Shown piece after piece: positions 26,943 through 40,144 of a stretch of DNA of 64,000 nucleotides. The notes beneath the pieces are model-generated. The model searched no databases and was not told where the DNA came from. It saw only the letters and a program-made list of their open reading frames with translations. The DNA is from Octopus sinensis (lineage: Eukaryota): the NCBI RefSeq assembly GCF_006345805.1, contig NC_043009.1:42160001-42224000 (forward strand), written 5' to 3'. The number at the start of each line of letters is the position of its first letter. Positions within the stretch are counted from its first letter, which is position 1. A program made the position numbers and the translations under genes.

Positions 26943-29458
26943 CGTCGTCGTGGTCGTCGCCGCTGTGTGTATAACTTTGTGCTTGTTTCTGAGATTTTGA
27001 AATTGTTAAAATGATTATAATCTTGGTGATGAACTTCATAAAAGACAATTCGTAACAGTGAGTCTTTTAGAGTTACGTATCTCTCCATCCAAAATAATCA
27101 GCGTATGATCACCATGGCTATATGAATAAATATAGCAAATAAATGATTTCTACCATAAGCTTGTATGAAAGATTCTAATTGTCTGTGTATATACATTTGT
27201 GTTGACTTGTGCGCATCGATGATTCTCTATGTGAATGCATATAGGGTTATCTATGTATGCTTAAGTAAGTATGTCCCTATGACCGTGTCTGGCTGTGTGT
27301 ATGTATGCATGAATGCATGCATCTGTCCATGAGTGTGATTATCTAGTTGCATGTATGTTTGCGTATATTTACAAAATGTCTACTCATGTATATATATATA
27401 TATATGTATGTATATATAAGTGTGTTTGTATGTATGCATATACGGATGTAACGGTGTGTGTGTCTTTGTGTATGCTGTTTGCACAGTCAATAATAATGTC
27501 TAAGTAATGAGCATGATCGTAATCTGTAATTGTTAGTTGCAAACCTTTATCTTAGAACTCAGTTTCCAAACTTACTTTATAATTTCAAAGATAAAGGAAA
27601 ATTATACGTAGAAAAAAAATGCAAGAGAGCATGGCAGAAGATAACGCATGTTTACTGTATTATGGATAAAGTGAGAAAATTGAGCTATAAATACTAGAAT
27701 TGGACTCCATATAGTTGTGTAAGTTATATTAGATGGAATTAGTCCAGTGTATAGATTAATATTGTTGAAAATGGTTCTATCAGATCACAGACAGCTTCTT
27801 ACTATAGAGATATAGATACTGGATAGAATGATCCGTCTTGTGCCAGATTCAGATACAAAATTGCAAACTGATCAAAGGATTACCATTATTATGATGTTCT
27901 TTCTGTATTTCCTTATTATTTCCATCGTAGATTACAGATAAGAATATATTCCTGTTTCGTCAGTAGCTGAACCATGTTTAAAATTTGGTGATATATGCCA
28001 ATTTATTTCTGCTGCTTATTCCATTTATATGAAGATCTTTTATTCTTTTTTTTTTTTGCTTTATTTTTTGTGCTGGACTTTTGAACTGATAAGAACATTC
28101 CCTCATTAACTTTGACTGAATAAAATTACAAATAAGCATGAAAAAGGCAAAAAAAAAAAAACAGACACAAAAGATCAGCAAGTTAGCAAAATTGTTTGAA
28201 AATAACTAAAGCTAACGAGGATATCATCTTAATATTTACAAAAATCCTATTAATTATAAAAATAAAAAAAGAGAAAATAAGAATTAAAAAAACACTTTTT
28301 GAAGCAAATCTAAGCCAACTTTAAGAGAAATATATTTTCTTTTATTCAATTCTGTCTTTCAAATTTTAATTTCTTTCTATTGATCATTCATCCATTTACT
28401 TCGATCTTGTATTTAATTCTGTATACTCTTCATCACAATTCTTCTTTCACTGATTTATTTATTTGTTTCTTAATTTATTTCTATCGTTCTTTCATTCTTT
28501 TAGTGTTATTCCTAACTTCAGTTATTTTGGAGATTAATAATTCAAACTTGAATTCATAGAAATTTATTATAGAAACCTATTTATTTGATATTCTTTCAAT
28601 TATATTTTTCCATAACTCACAGAACCACGATTGATAACGAATCAGACAACCAACTGAAAATTCGCTAGTTCATATATTGTTATAGACACTAGAGTACCCA
28701 TGGTACAAGTACTAACCTATCAAATGACCTGACCATCTATCTGTAAATAAAAACCTTCAGTACGGAAATAAACAACTCACTGCACTGCATTGAGCTGCAA
28801 ATGTACTCCACAATTTCTTTTGTTAGATTTCAGCTTTAAAATCAAAATTTTGTCGCCCAGTCGCGCACCCTATCTGATCCTTCGGTTCGTTCAGTGATGT
28901 CAAACATTCGGACCAACCTTCAGTTTGGTGACACGTCTCCAACACGTCTCGTCTCGAAAGGCTTATAAAGAGACTTGAGCATTCTCTTTCCTACCTAACT
29001 TTACAGTAAAAAAAAATCTGATGCTAGACTAACTCTGAAAGGAAATCAACTTGCTCATCTGCCCCAGGCCATAAACTCCAATCATCTCCGACTCCACGAT
29101 GTATTTGCAACAATCTGTCTCAATATAAACACGTTATTATTCCCAGGTAAAATATCTATCATACTCAAATGCTGAAGGCAATCAAGACGGCGTTATTACT
29201 TAAAATGATGGGAGCGTATAAAATCTCTCTGTATCTTATTAACTTATTTCAAAGCTGTCTTGTTACTAGAGTAGAATTCTGTGTCTAAATCATATACTAA
29301 TACAAGTTCAATAAAATATATACGATAGTTCCATAGTCATTGTTTGTTTAACTACTGTAAAATTTTCTATCAGATCCGTGCTACTCAGACACGGGTATGT
29401 ACTGCATAGCCTGCTATCACACGCGTGCGAGTATGACAGGATAATATACACCACATAA

Positions 29459-29689
29459 GGCAGCGAGCTGGCAGAACCGTTAGCACGCCGGGCGAAATGC
29501 GTAGCCATATTTCGTCTGCCGTTACGTTCTGAGTTCAAATTCCGCCGCGGTCGACTTTGCCTTTCATCCTTTCGGGGTCGATAAATTAAGTACCAGTTAC
29601 ACACTGGGGTCGATGTAATCGACTTAATCCGTTTGTCTGTCCTTGTTTGTCCCTTCTATGTTTAGCCCCTTGTGGATAATAAAGAAACA
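29459..29689 (+). mobile_element. SINE family A, full length with TSD
   Basis: TSD GATAATATACACCA at 29440-29453 and 29690-29703. Confidence 0.9.
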
Positions 29690-29959
29690 GATAATATACA
29701 CCATACTTTCGCTAATTGCTCTAGAAGATTATGTTGCTCCGAGGAGACATAGATACCATCTGTGATTCCTTACCCTTAACCCAACAGAACATCCAAAGCA
29801 AAACAACTGGAAAAAAAGTAAAAAAAGATATGCCTTCGCACGGTCAGTACTTATTATAGGTGAGAAGTGTGCAGCAATATGAGAGGAAGTAGCTTGATAG
29901 AAAAACACGACGCATTACACTGACCGGGAATTGAACCCAGACACCTTACTTTACGCAGA

Positions 29960-31700
29960 TGTTCAAAAATAAAAAAACTACAGATCTATCAACTGTTTTC
30001 AAACAATGTGGAATCAACTGACCAGTATGATGTCCGAAGAAAAAACCACCAAGACTTGAATATCTGCCAACTACTACTTGAAGAATAGAAATTGTCGCCA
30101 ACAACAAAGCAGGGAAACAAAGGATTAACTTCTTATAAATAATACAATAATCCGAAATTGTAAACGAAGATAGGAAGTGTTAGTTATGTTTTACATTGAT
30201 TATTAAAATAAAACTTTTTCTATAGTTCTACATTCTTGTAGCAAAAAAAATGCTTAGGCGTATACAAAATACTCAATAACATCACATCATTTCTCTGTAA
30301 GAGCATGAAACTCTTGTAGATATATATGATATTGGCTGGATATCAATGTGAACCCGACAAGTATCTTTAGTAAGAAAGCATGGTATGAGGGAGAAGATGG
30401 AAGTTACATGGCGATGAAAGGTGAAATAATGGACGCAAAGAAGATGTTGTGGGAAAAAAAGGGTGTAGAAGCGATTGAGGTGGAATTTTCGGATGAGAAG
30501 ATAAAAGAGTGTGAAGAGATATTTGAGATAGTATTAAGAAAGGAGGGGCTTTTGATTGGAGATGATAGGTGACGAAGGGTTGTGAAGGACAGGTAAGTGA
30601 TGCTGGCGGATGGGGCCGTTAGCATCACTTTCATATTACCATTTTTTCATTTAAAATTCCTTTTCCATATTATTAATTATAATGTTCTATGTCCCCAATG
30701 TTTTGTAATGTCCCATCTGCATCGCCCCTTGTGGGTAATAAAAAATCAGATATTGGCTGGATATTTGAGAAAATAAAGATAAAGAGAGGAATATTGCAAT
30801 GAGATAATCTTGTAATTTTTACTATAAGTAATTAGTCTTGTTTTAAGAAATGGATTCCCGTGGAACATTTGTTGACAAAGGTAAGAGCGGAATATGAACC
30901 ACGTAAAAAGATACAAACATCATCAACTATCTCTTATATATGGGCGATCTGAAATCAATGGTATGGATAGAAAACAACTTGATATTTGGAGTGGAGTTTG
31001 TATATTCAATGAGACCTTAAGAATGGCTTGGCTGTGGTCAGTAACGCACCCTTAATCAAGACGATGATCAGATTGTCTGGGATTGGGATAATTTAGCCCC
31101 CTACAGGGAGAAATATAATGGAAGTTAATAAAGAAACTGAGTAGAAATATTTAGCTTTCCAATTGATAAGTAAACGACCAGGAAATTGTTTGTATAAAAG
31201 CGGGAGAAAAATGATAGGTATATTGAAAAAAGAATACATAAGAAAGGCGAAGAAAATCTCAAAACAATTACAGCGACCTCAGTGTTCGACAGGTACTTAT
31301 TTCATCGAGCACGAAGGAATGAAAGGCGAAGTCAGCCGTGACGGAATTTGAACTCACAACGTAAGAACGGACGGAATATACCTAAGCATTTTCCCCGTCA
31401 CGTGCTAACGATTTCGGAAGCTCGCCACCTTAAACAATAGAAATATCACCACAATTGTCAACACACACAGTGTTCAGATCAATCGATACAGTGCAGATAT
31501 CATCGATTGGAGCACCCAAGAATTACAAGCTATTGATAGGAAACTTTGTTTCATTGCACGTTTCAAAAAAACTGGTAAAGTTGATATACTGTATATGAAA
31601 AACAGTAATAAAAGGAAGCGGTTTGATAAGCAGAGAAGACAGAGCTATAATAGAGGAACACTGCTTGTACAATTACATGTTAGAAAGTAAACAAGAATAC
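29960..31700 (+). pseudogene. Old R4/Dong-type reverse transcriptase remnant interrupted by younger insertions
   Basis: Motifs read by hand, in the expected order: KNYRSINCFQTMW (about 29975), LLINNTIIRNCKRR..MFYIDY, RGILQ*DNL (about 30785), NYLLYMGDLK (degenerate YMDD, about 30925), KKEYIRKAKKIS, RYSADIIDWSTQELQAIDRK, VDILYM..GSGL. Confidence 0.75.
30344..30748 (+). mobile_element. 5'-truncated LINE 3' end (ORF C-terminus plus 3' UTR), possibly L1/Tx1-like
   Basis: 16-bp TSD GATATTGGCTGGATAT at 30328-30343 and 30749-30764; open frame from the 5' edge to a stop at 30572; ends in GCCCCTTGTGGGTAATAAAAAATCA. Confidence 0.75.
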
Positions 31701-31719
31701 CGAGAGCTTTAAAAAAAAA

Positions 31720-32178
31720 ACGGACGAAATACCAATTTCCGAAATAGACGGACGAAATACCAATTTCTTTACTGCCCACAAGGGGCTACACACAGAGGGG
31801 ACAAACAAGGACAGACAAACGGATTAAGTCGATTATATCGACCCCAGTGCGAAAGCTGGTACTTATTTAATCGACCCCGAAAGGATGAAAGGCAAAGTCG
31901 ACCTCGGCGGAATTTGAATTCAGCACGTAGCGGCAGACGAAATACCTATTTCTTTACTACACACAAGAGGCTAAACACAGAGAGGACAAACAAGGACAGA
32001 CAAACGGACTAAGTCGATTATATCGACCCCAGAGCGTAACTGGTAATTATTTCATCGACCAAGAGAGAATGAAAGGCACAGTCGACCTCAGCGGAATTTG
32101 AACTCAGAACGTAGCGGCAACCGAAAAACTGCTAAGCATTCCGCCCGGCGTGCTAACGATTCTGCCAGCATGCTGCCC
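31720..32178 (-). mobile_element. Tandem/nested SINE A array (2 units plus a stub)
   Basis: Units joined at GACGAAATACC|(T/A)ATTTCTTT near 31760 and 31945. Confidence 0.88.
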
Positions 32179-32589
32179 TAATAATTATGAAAATAACGAT
32201 TTACTTATTTCTATTATTGTCGATGTGAAAAATGAAGTGAGAAACAAGCAATTATTTTTTCTTTTTCGTACAGTAATAAATAGTAACAGATGGTAGTTAA
32301 TGTTTTAAGTACTTTTGTTGCATTAATTGTATTAATTATGTACCTGAGAGATAAAAGAACGTAGCATTGTGTGAACACAATTAGTAAATGAATGAGGAAA
32401 GTTTACAGGTGAAAAGAATAGCAAGCTGTGTACAATTGGAATATCGTTCACTTTTAACTAGTTTGTGTTTTATTGGAGATCCTATTGTTAGTGTCGAATA
32501 TTGATGTGGTCGAAGCATCATAGGTATAAATTAAGCAAACATAGATATAAATTAAGTCATACACACGAATAACACGTAAGTGTGAGTGT

Positions 32590-32797
32590 GAGGGGGTGAT
32601 GAAAAGTTCATGGTTTGGGGTAAAAGGAAATATAGAAGGATCAGTTAATTATTTTATTGAAGATATTCCCCTCTCAGAATCACACATTTATTGCCAGCGG
32701 TCTTCCATCTTTCCGAAGCCTTGTAAAAGATCTAGGAAAGTTGGGCCCGCAACCAGGCATTTCACGACACCCTTAAATATAATAACTTTTCAGCACC
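32590..32797. mobile_element. Mariner-derived MITE remnant
   Basis: Inverted termini GGTGATGAAAAGTT and AACTTTTCAGCACC. Confidence 0.5.
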
Positions 32798-33501
32798 TTT
32801 GTGTGTGTGTGTGTGTGTGTGTGTATTCTCTTATTCTTTTACTTGTTTCAGTCATTTGACTGCGGCTATGCTGGAGCACCGCCTTTAGTCGAGCAAATCG
32901 ACCCCGGGACTTATTCTTTGTAAGCCCAGTACTTATTCTATCGGTCTCTTTTGCCGAACCGCTATATATATATATATAGTGAGAGAGATAATTAGATACA
33001 CAAGTGAATGAGCTACTGATAGTCTCATGCTATTATGATACTTGAACAGGCATAATATACGCCCTGTATCTTAAAGGAATATTTCAGGCTCTGTTTATGC
33101 GTTATATATGTTTTCTTTTACAGAAAGACGCTGGACAGTAAGAAAATAAGAAAAAATAAACATGGAAAAAGCATGAAGAAGGTTGGTACAAAATGGAACG
33201 AGAAAAAGAAATGAAATCATGAACTAAGGTTCGCGTACTTCCTGAAGAGAACAAAATAGCAGAAAATACGTGTCAAAGTCGGCACACGCGCACATACATA
33301 TAAACGACGAATTTCCACACAATTTCTGCCTACCAAATTCGCTCATGAGGTATTAATCAGTCCATGGATTATAGTAAAAGACACTTGCCTAGGCTGCTGC
33401 GCAGTGGGATGAACCTGAAACGACGCGGTTGCAAAGCGAGCCTCTAAACCACCTGTTCATACCCATGTCTCAAATGCAGAGGAAATATGAATAAGTTAAA
33501 A

Positions 33502-34087
33502 GGCGGTGAGCTGGCAGAAACGTTAGCACGCCGGGCGAAATACTTAGCAGTATTTCGTCTGCCGCTACGTGCTGAGTTCAAATTTCCCCCGAGGTCGACT
33601 TTGCCTTTCATCCTTTCGGGGTCGATTAAATAAGTACCAGTCACGCACTGGGGTCGATATAATCGACTTAGTCCGTTTGTCTGTCCTTGATTGTCCTCTC
33701 TGTGTTTAGCCCCTTGTGGGTAGTAAAGAAATGGGTATTCCGTCTGCTGTTACGTTCTGAGTTCAAATTCCGCCGAGGTCGATTTTGCCTTTCATCCTTT
33801 CGTGGTCGATAATTTAAGTACCAGTTACTCACTGGGGTCGATGTAATCGACTTAATCCTTTTTTCTGTCCTTGTTTGTCCTCTCTGTGTTTAGCTCCATG
33901 TGGATTTGTAAAGAAATAGGTATTCCGTCCGTCGCTACGTTCTGAGTTCAAATTCGACCGAGGTCGACTTTACCTTTCATCCTTTCGGGGTCGATGAAAT
34001 AAGTAGCAGTTTTGCATTGGGATAGATGAAATCGACTATCCCCCCCGCCCCCAAATTTCAGGCCTTGTGTCTATAGTAGAAAAGAAT
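33502..34087 (+). mobile_element. Tandem/nested SINE A array (3 units)
   Basis: Junctions AAAGAAATGGGTATTCCGTC (about 33730) and AAAGAAATAGGTATTCCGTC (about 33915); the last unit has a different tail. Confidence 0.88.
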
Positions 34088-35598
34088 ATAAATAAGTTAA
34101 TTCAATGCCAACAATACCAGGCCAGGTGTGTGATCTTAAGTAATTCAAGAATGCCTTAAAACTTATTATCTAACGTAGTAACATCCACGACAAGTTGCTT
34201 TTTTTTTTCCTTAATGAAAATTTGTGTGTAACATAGAATGTTCATATTTCGCCGGGGTTCAAATAGATGCAAAGGCAAAGAAAAAGATAATGGTAACAAT
34301 GAAACAATTTAGAAAATGAATTATGTCTTCGCATTGAGAGAAGTTCATGGTTGTTTTATCCAAATTATTTTGCGTAGTTATATTTAGTAAAAACCAAGCT
34401 GTTACTTGCAGTCAACTGCATAGAATAATATATCTGCCAAATTCAACCGAAAAATTGCATAGAATTATTATTATTATTATTATTATTTGTACTTCTTGGA
34501 GAATTCTGCTAAGTACTGCGGGTATTTGGATTATCAAAGCAGGTGCATCGTGAGCTAAATCTAACTATAAGAGAACCCCATTTATCTTTTAATTTTGAGG
34601 TATTTTTATTTCAAAAAATTGCCTTTAAATATAAATGTTTTAAAAGCCGAAACCTCGAAACAAAACTGTAGGTGAATTGTCTTCATTTATATTTGTTTAA
34701 TGTTTATTTTTGCTTTTCACGTATGAAACGGACTCTTATTTTCTTAGATTACCTAGCTTTTAAATAGCTATCATGAGTTAGCATAACTAATCACTGTTAA
34801 CAGTAGGAACGCTACATCATTTATTAATGAGCATTACGTTAGATTGCCTTAGCGAGCTTCCTGGATCTTCTGTTATGGTGCGAGGCTATAAATACAAAAC
34901 AGATTGTTACTTCGGTAGCTTGTTATGTTTAACAAGAAAATAGATCCAACCGAAAGAGAGAGAGAGAGAGAGAGAGAGAGTACTGGATTCATTCCGAATC
35001 GATACAATTAAAATGATATTGGAAAGCGTTTCTCCACAATACGATATATACAACGTCAAATAATAAAGATGCCCCCACCCCAAAAGAGAGTCTAAGACCT
35101 GCTGGCTCTCTTTTCTCTTTTAATTGGTTCAGTCATTTCACTGCGGTAATGCTGGAGCACCACCTTTAAGTCGAGCAAATCCACTCCCTGACTTATTCTT
35201 GCGTGGAATCAAGTATCCTGATGTCCCAATATACTGCAAATCCTTTATTTTGGTTCGGAAAAAAAATGAGGTGGGGTGTCCCCTCCAATCCCGGAATCAA
35301 TGGAATTTTTTTTTTCGTTGAATGAATTCCTGTGGCCTCCTAATATTGCAAAATTAGGTTACTTAAGGTGAGACTGGTAACTGATGTTTTGGGCTCCTGT
35401 TTGTAACTTTTGGTGAGCCATGGTGCAACCAACTACATTGTAAAACTCCCTGACATTAATTTGGTGTGGGATGGGTAATATCAAATAATTCAATCACAAC
35501 ATATATTTAAATTAAACATGAAAAAAATTGAAATATCATCATCGCTTATACATTATTAGATATCTTATAACAGCAATGCCTGGAAAAATCATAGATTA

Positions 35599-36401
35599 CA
35601 TGGGAAAATGCGAGCATGAAAAGTCATATTCTTAAAATTAAAAACCTGGAAATGTACAGAACAAATTATTACACCCACCTGTAAAAGTACATGACAAGCT
35701 ATTACTTCTTGTAAAGTAAAGAAAAAGAAACTTTTTACTTAAAATATTGCAGCTAAAATTATAATTTGAATATTAGAAATTATTTTATTTAAGTAGAATT
35801 TGGCTAATTCACTACCTTAGATACAGAAAAAAGTGACTAATTAGACAAACTTACAAATTAGCTGAACAGTTTTGTACAATAAATTAAAAAGATGAGAATA
35901 GTAAAGAGTGATAAATTAGAACTGGCATTCTTTGCTGCAATATTCTAAGCAAAAAGTTTCTTATTCTTTACTTTACTAGATATAATAGCTTGTCCTATGT
36001 GGAGGCGCAGCGGACTCGCGGTCGGAGGATCGTGGTTTCGATTCCCAGACCGGGCGTCGTGTGTGTTTATTGAGCGAAAACACCTAAAAGCTCCACGAGG
36101 CTCCGGCAGGGAGTGATGGCGACCCCTGTTGTACTCTTTCGCCACAATTTTCTCTCACTCTCTCTTCCTGTTTGTTGAGTAACGCTGCGATGAACTGGCG
36201 TCCCGTCCAGCTGTGGGGAACATATACGCCACAGAAACCGGGAAACCGGTTCCATGAGCCTGGGTAGGCTTGAAAAGGGCAACGTTTATCTATTGTCTTT
36301 AATAGCTTGTCCTATATTTTTACAGGTGTAATAACTTGTCCTTTACTTTTCCAGGTTTATAATCTTAAGCATATGACTTTTCAAGCTCGCATTTTCCCAT
36401 G
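35599..36401. mobile_element. MITE with TIRs of about 105 bp and TA target duplication
   Basis: TA-CATGGGAAAATGCGAGC... and ...GCTCGCATTTTCCCATG-TA; the arms align over about 105 bp. Confidence 0.85.
35999..36299 (+). mobile_element. SINE family D nested in the MITE
   Basis: B-box-like GGTTTCGATTCCC, GCGATGAACTGGCGTCCCGTCCAG block, 16-bp TSD TAATAGCTTGTCCTAT at 35983-35998 and 36300-36315. Confidence 0.85.
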
Positions 36402-36712
36402 TATTTAGATGTATACACACATACACACACAGAGGAATTTATGTCTTTTTAGGGAGTTTATATTAAGTGCAAGTAATATTAGCAATATTTGTGACTTTCC
36501 GAAGGGGACCACTAAAACGACCATAAATTTCTTCAAGAATATTCTAAGCATAAACAGAGCATGGATCTGGAGAATGGATAGAGTGCTTCGAGGTATTATC
36601 CTGACGCTAAACGTTCTGCGTTCAAATCCTGATGTTCAATGCTCTGAGTTCAAATCCAGCGGATGTCAAATTTGCTTTGTCCTGACATTTCGCGTCTTGA
36701 TAGTAAGGCCTG

Positions 36713-37025
36713 AATTTCAACCAATCCTATGCTCTCTTTTGAGCTAAAATAATTTGTTGCGTCTAAAACTGAGACAACATCCTGTAACTAACCCTAAACC
36801 TCCCCCCTAACCCTAACCCTAAATTTTTTTCTTAATTGTTAAATTAATTTAATTGTTACGCGTGTAAAAAAAAATAAAGCAATGGAATTAAATTAATTTA
36901 ACAATTAAGAAAAAAAATTAGGGTTAGGGTTAGGGGGGAGGTTTAGGGTTAGTTACAGGGTGTTGTCTCAGTTTTAGACGCAGCAAATGATTTTAGTTGA
37001 ATGGAGGTAATCGATTGGTTAAAAT
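36713..37025. repeat. Foldback palindrome containing telomeric CCCTAA/TTAGGG units
   Basis: Near-perfect arms 36744-36854 and 36886-36996, 31-bp spacer, degenerate extension to about 36713 and 37025. Confidence 0.9.
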
Positions 37026-37619
37026 TGCCGAAATGCTCGGATTTTCAGACGAAATATCTTTCAAACTATAGAATTTTCTCAATAAAACCAAGAGAAAATG
37101 ATTTTTTATAAACACATTCTACCAGTATACGAAGTTTAAAAGTGTTTAGTTAACTAGAAATTGTGTTGACATCTGCCGTTCAAAAGGAAAAGATCCGTCG
37201 TCTCTGTATACAAAGAGATAAATAGGTCACGGTTGGAACACTTTCTACGAGAGGTCTGTTCGATCGACACAGATTTGGAGATCAAACTAGAACAATAGCA
37301 TCAAACTCTTTTAATTTCTTATTTTTTCCTTTTTGCGTATTGTTTTGTGTTAAATCAGTTTTATGAAACGAGATTGAAGATACTGTTCATTTATCTTCAT
37401 GCTTGATATTTTCATTGAGAGCCTGACAACTTTTCTAACTACTAGCTAGTTAACTGTGCATCTATCTGTTTGTCTGTCTGTCTGTCTGTCTCTCTACCTG
37501 CCTGTCATTCTGTCTGTCGATTTGCTTACATCTATGTATGTCTTCATATATTTATCTATCATTCTATCTCTTTTTTTATCTCTTTGTCTATTTATCTAGC
37601 AATCTGTTTGTATCTCCAT

Positions 37620-37679
<60 letters not shown>

Positions 37680-37688
37680 TTATGTCTG

Positions 37689-37758
<70 letters not shown>

Positions 37759-37937
37759 GGCTTAGTAAAATAAATTACTTTGCCGCATACTGAACTCATT
37801 AGAAATAGCAGCTAAAAAACTTTTTTAAGGCTATTTCTAATACTTAAAGAAAATCTCTCTCATATATAGTGTTTGCATAATTTAACTCACAAAAGTTTGG
37901 GGGTAATGACATCGAAAAATCAAATGCTAAGGTTATT

Positions 37938-37989
37938 CGAGAACGTACGTTTCAAGATTAGTCAAAACAACATTTCTATCATCGGCTCG
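37938..37989 (-). ncRNA. Variant type I hammerhead motif within a (TA)n-flanked insert (about 37753-38170)
   Basis: CGAG-CCGATGA-TAGA...TCTT-GAAA-CGTACGT-T-CTCG: stem I CGAG/CTCG, palindromic stem III, U4C core change. Confidence 0.55.
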
Positions 37990-38425
37990 GAAATTCCTTG
38001 GTTTGGATTTGGAAACACTGAAAATAAGAACATACCCTCTCGAAGATCTGCTCCCAACTAACAGTGCCAACAAATTCAAAATAAGCAAGCGAAGAATCTC
38101 TGTTCTCCCCTTTCCACCAGCGTGGGTTAAAATCATCAAACTCTATGCTTATTTCGGTAAAGTCCGAAGCATATATATATATATATATATATATACATTT
38201 TGCTGTCTATCTATCAGTCTGTCTGTCTGTCTGTCTTTGTGTCTATTTATCTGTCTCTCTATCTTTACATTTTTCTGTCTGTCCGTCTATTTCTCTGTCT
38301 GTATGTCTGCCTCTGTTTCTCTCTCTCTCTCTCTCTCTCTCACACACGCGCGCGCGCGCTATTTGTCTGTCTGTCTATCTCTTTTGTTTCTATCTTTCTC
38401 TTTTCTCTTTCGCTTTTTCTCTTTG

Positions 38426-38460
<35 letters not shown>

Positions 38461-38626
38461 GCCTAACTATTTATCTATTTGTTTATCTCTCTTTTACTTC
38501 CATTAAACATACAGCAACATCGTAAACAACTTCATTGGGTTCGTCATGACCCCTCCAGATGATAAGAACTTGTAAAGTGCTGTTGTCAAAGATAAAAAGA
38601 TCAAACAACGGCACATATAACAAGGG

Positions 38627-38657
<31 letters not shown>

Positions 38658-38878
38658 TTACTACTTTCAGAAATCACTGCTGATACGCGCGTACATATCT
38701 ATATACGCATACACATATATGTATCTACCACACCTACAGCGATAATCTGAACAATGAAATCGTTCTTTAAGTTGTTTGAAATAATTGATAAATACATTTA
38801 ATAAATGGAAAGAAATAAAAGATAAATAAATGAATACGAAAAGACAGAACAAAGATCATAGTGACATGGTTTGAGGGA

Positions 38879-38930
<52 letters not shown>

Positions 38931-38970
38931 TAGATAGATAGATAGATAGATAGATAGGTAGGTAGGTAGG

Positions 38971-39002
<32 letters not shown>

Positions 39003-39957
39003 ATGAGCTCGCGAAGATTATGATTGTGGCAACGTTGTGGTGATGGGGGGTGGTGGTGGTACTGATTAAGAGTTGACAAGAGTGTAATGGAGGAGAAATA
39101 AACAACAACAACAACAATAATAATAATAATAATAATAAATAGTAGCGTTTCAGGTGGAGATTGTATTTAGGGAATAGCGTGTGTATAAACTTGATAATGA
39201 GAGTGTTAATGGCAACCCTGATAATAATGATGTTGTTGTTCTTGGCGGTGATGGTGATGGTGGTGGTGGTGATGGTAGTGGTGGCGTTTGCATTTTGGAA
39301 TGTTACCTATCACTTTCTTTTCTCTTTCTTTCTCTCTCTCTCTCACTTTCTCTCTCTCTCTCTGTCTCTCTCACCCTTTCTCTCCCTTCCTCTCCATATA
39401 ATGGAAGAAAAACTTCAACTTTTGTTTTCGCAGCAATTTGGTTCTAGGTCAATGTCTAGTTATTTACGATTGAGTTCATTTATTATTTATGCTTTCTCTT
39501 TCTTTTCTTCTTTCTTTCTTTCTTTCTTTCCTTTTCTTTCCGTCATTCTTGTGTGTTTGTGTGTTTTTTTTTTTTTTCATATATATATATTTTTGGTTTC
39601 TGTACATTTTTTTTTTTTTATTCACACGATTATTGTGAATAAGGTGGCGGAGCGGGGAATAGATTCCAGAAAATGTTGGCGGCGTTGGTTGAATTCGTTC
39701 GCGTTCCTTCCAACGTTTCTGTAGTTATTGTTAATTTCAAGTCTCCCTGGCAGACAACCATGGAGAAGAAGGGAATATGGCTTGGGACGCATTTTTCTTC
39801 CTACACGATAATGTGGTGCACATTGGACGAACAAAAGAACACTCTGCTTTCAGATCTTTTTCATTATCTTTGTTGTTGACGTCGATAACGACATCATTAA
39901 GCAAATACACAACATAACCCCCTTCATATATATATATACAAACATGTAATGAATATA

Positions 39958-40051
<94 letters not shown>

Positions 40052-40144
40052 TGTGCGTGCATATATGTGATTGTGTTTGTCTGTGTGTATATGTGTGTAT
40101 GATATACATTACACGCATGCACACACACACACACACACATATAT

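Noticed and set aside
36780-36960. True telomere or chromosome fusion site
   Set aside because: Only a few hexamers, embedded symmetrically in a longer non-telomeric palindrome, with orientation opposite to a head-to-head fusion.
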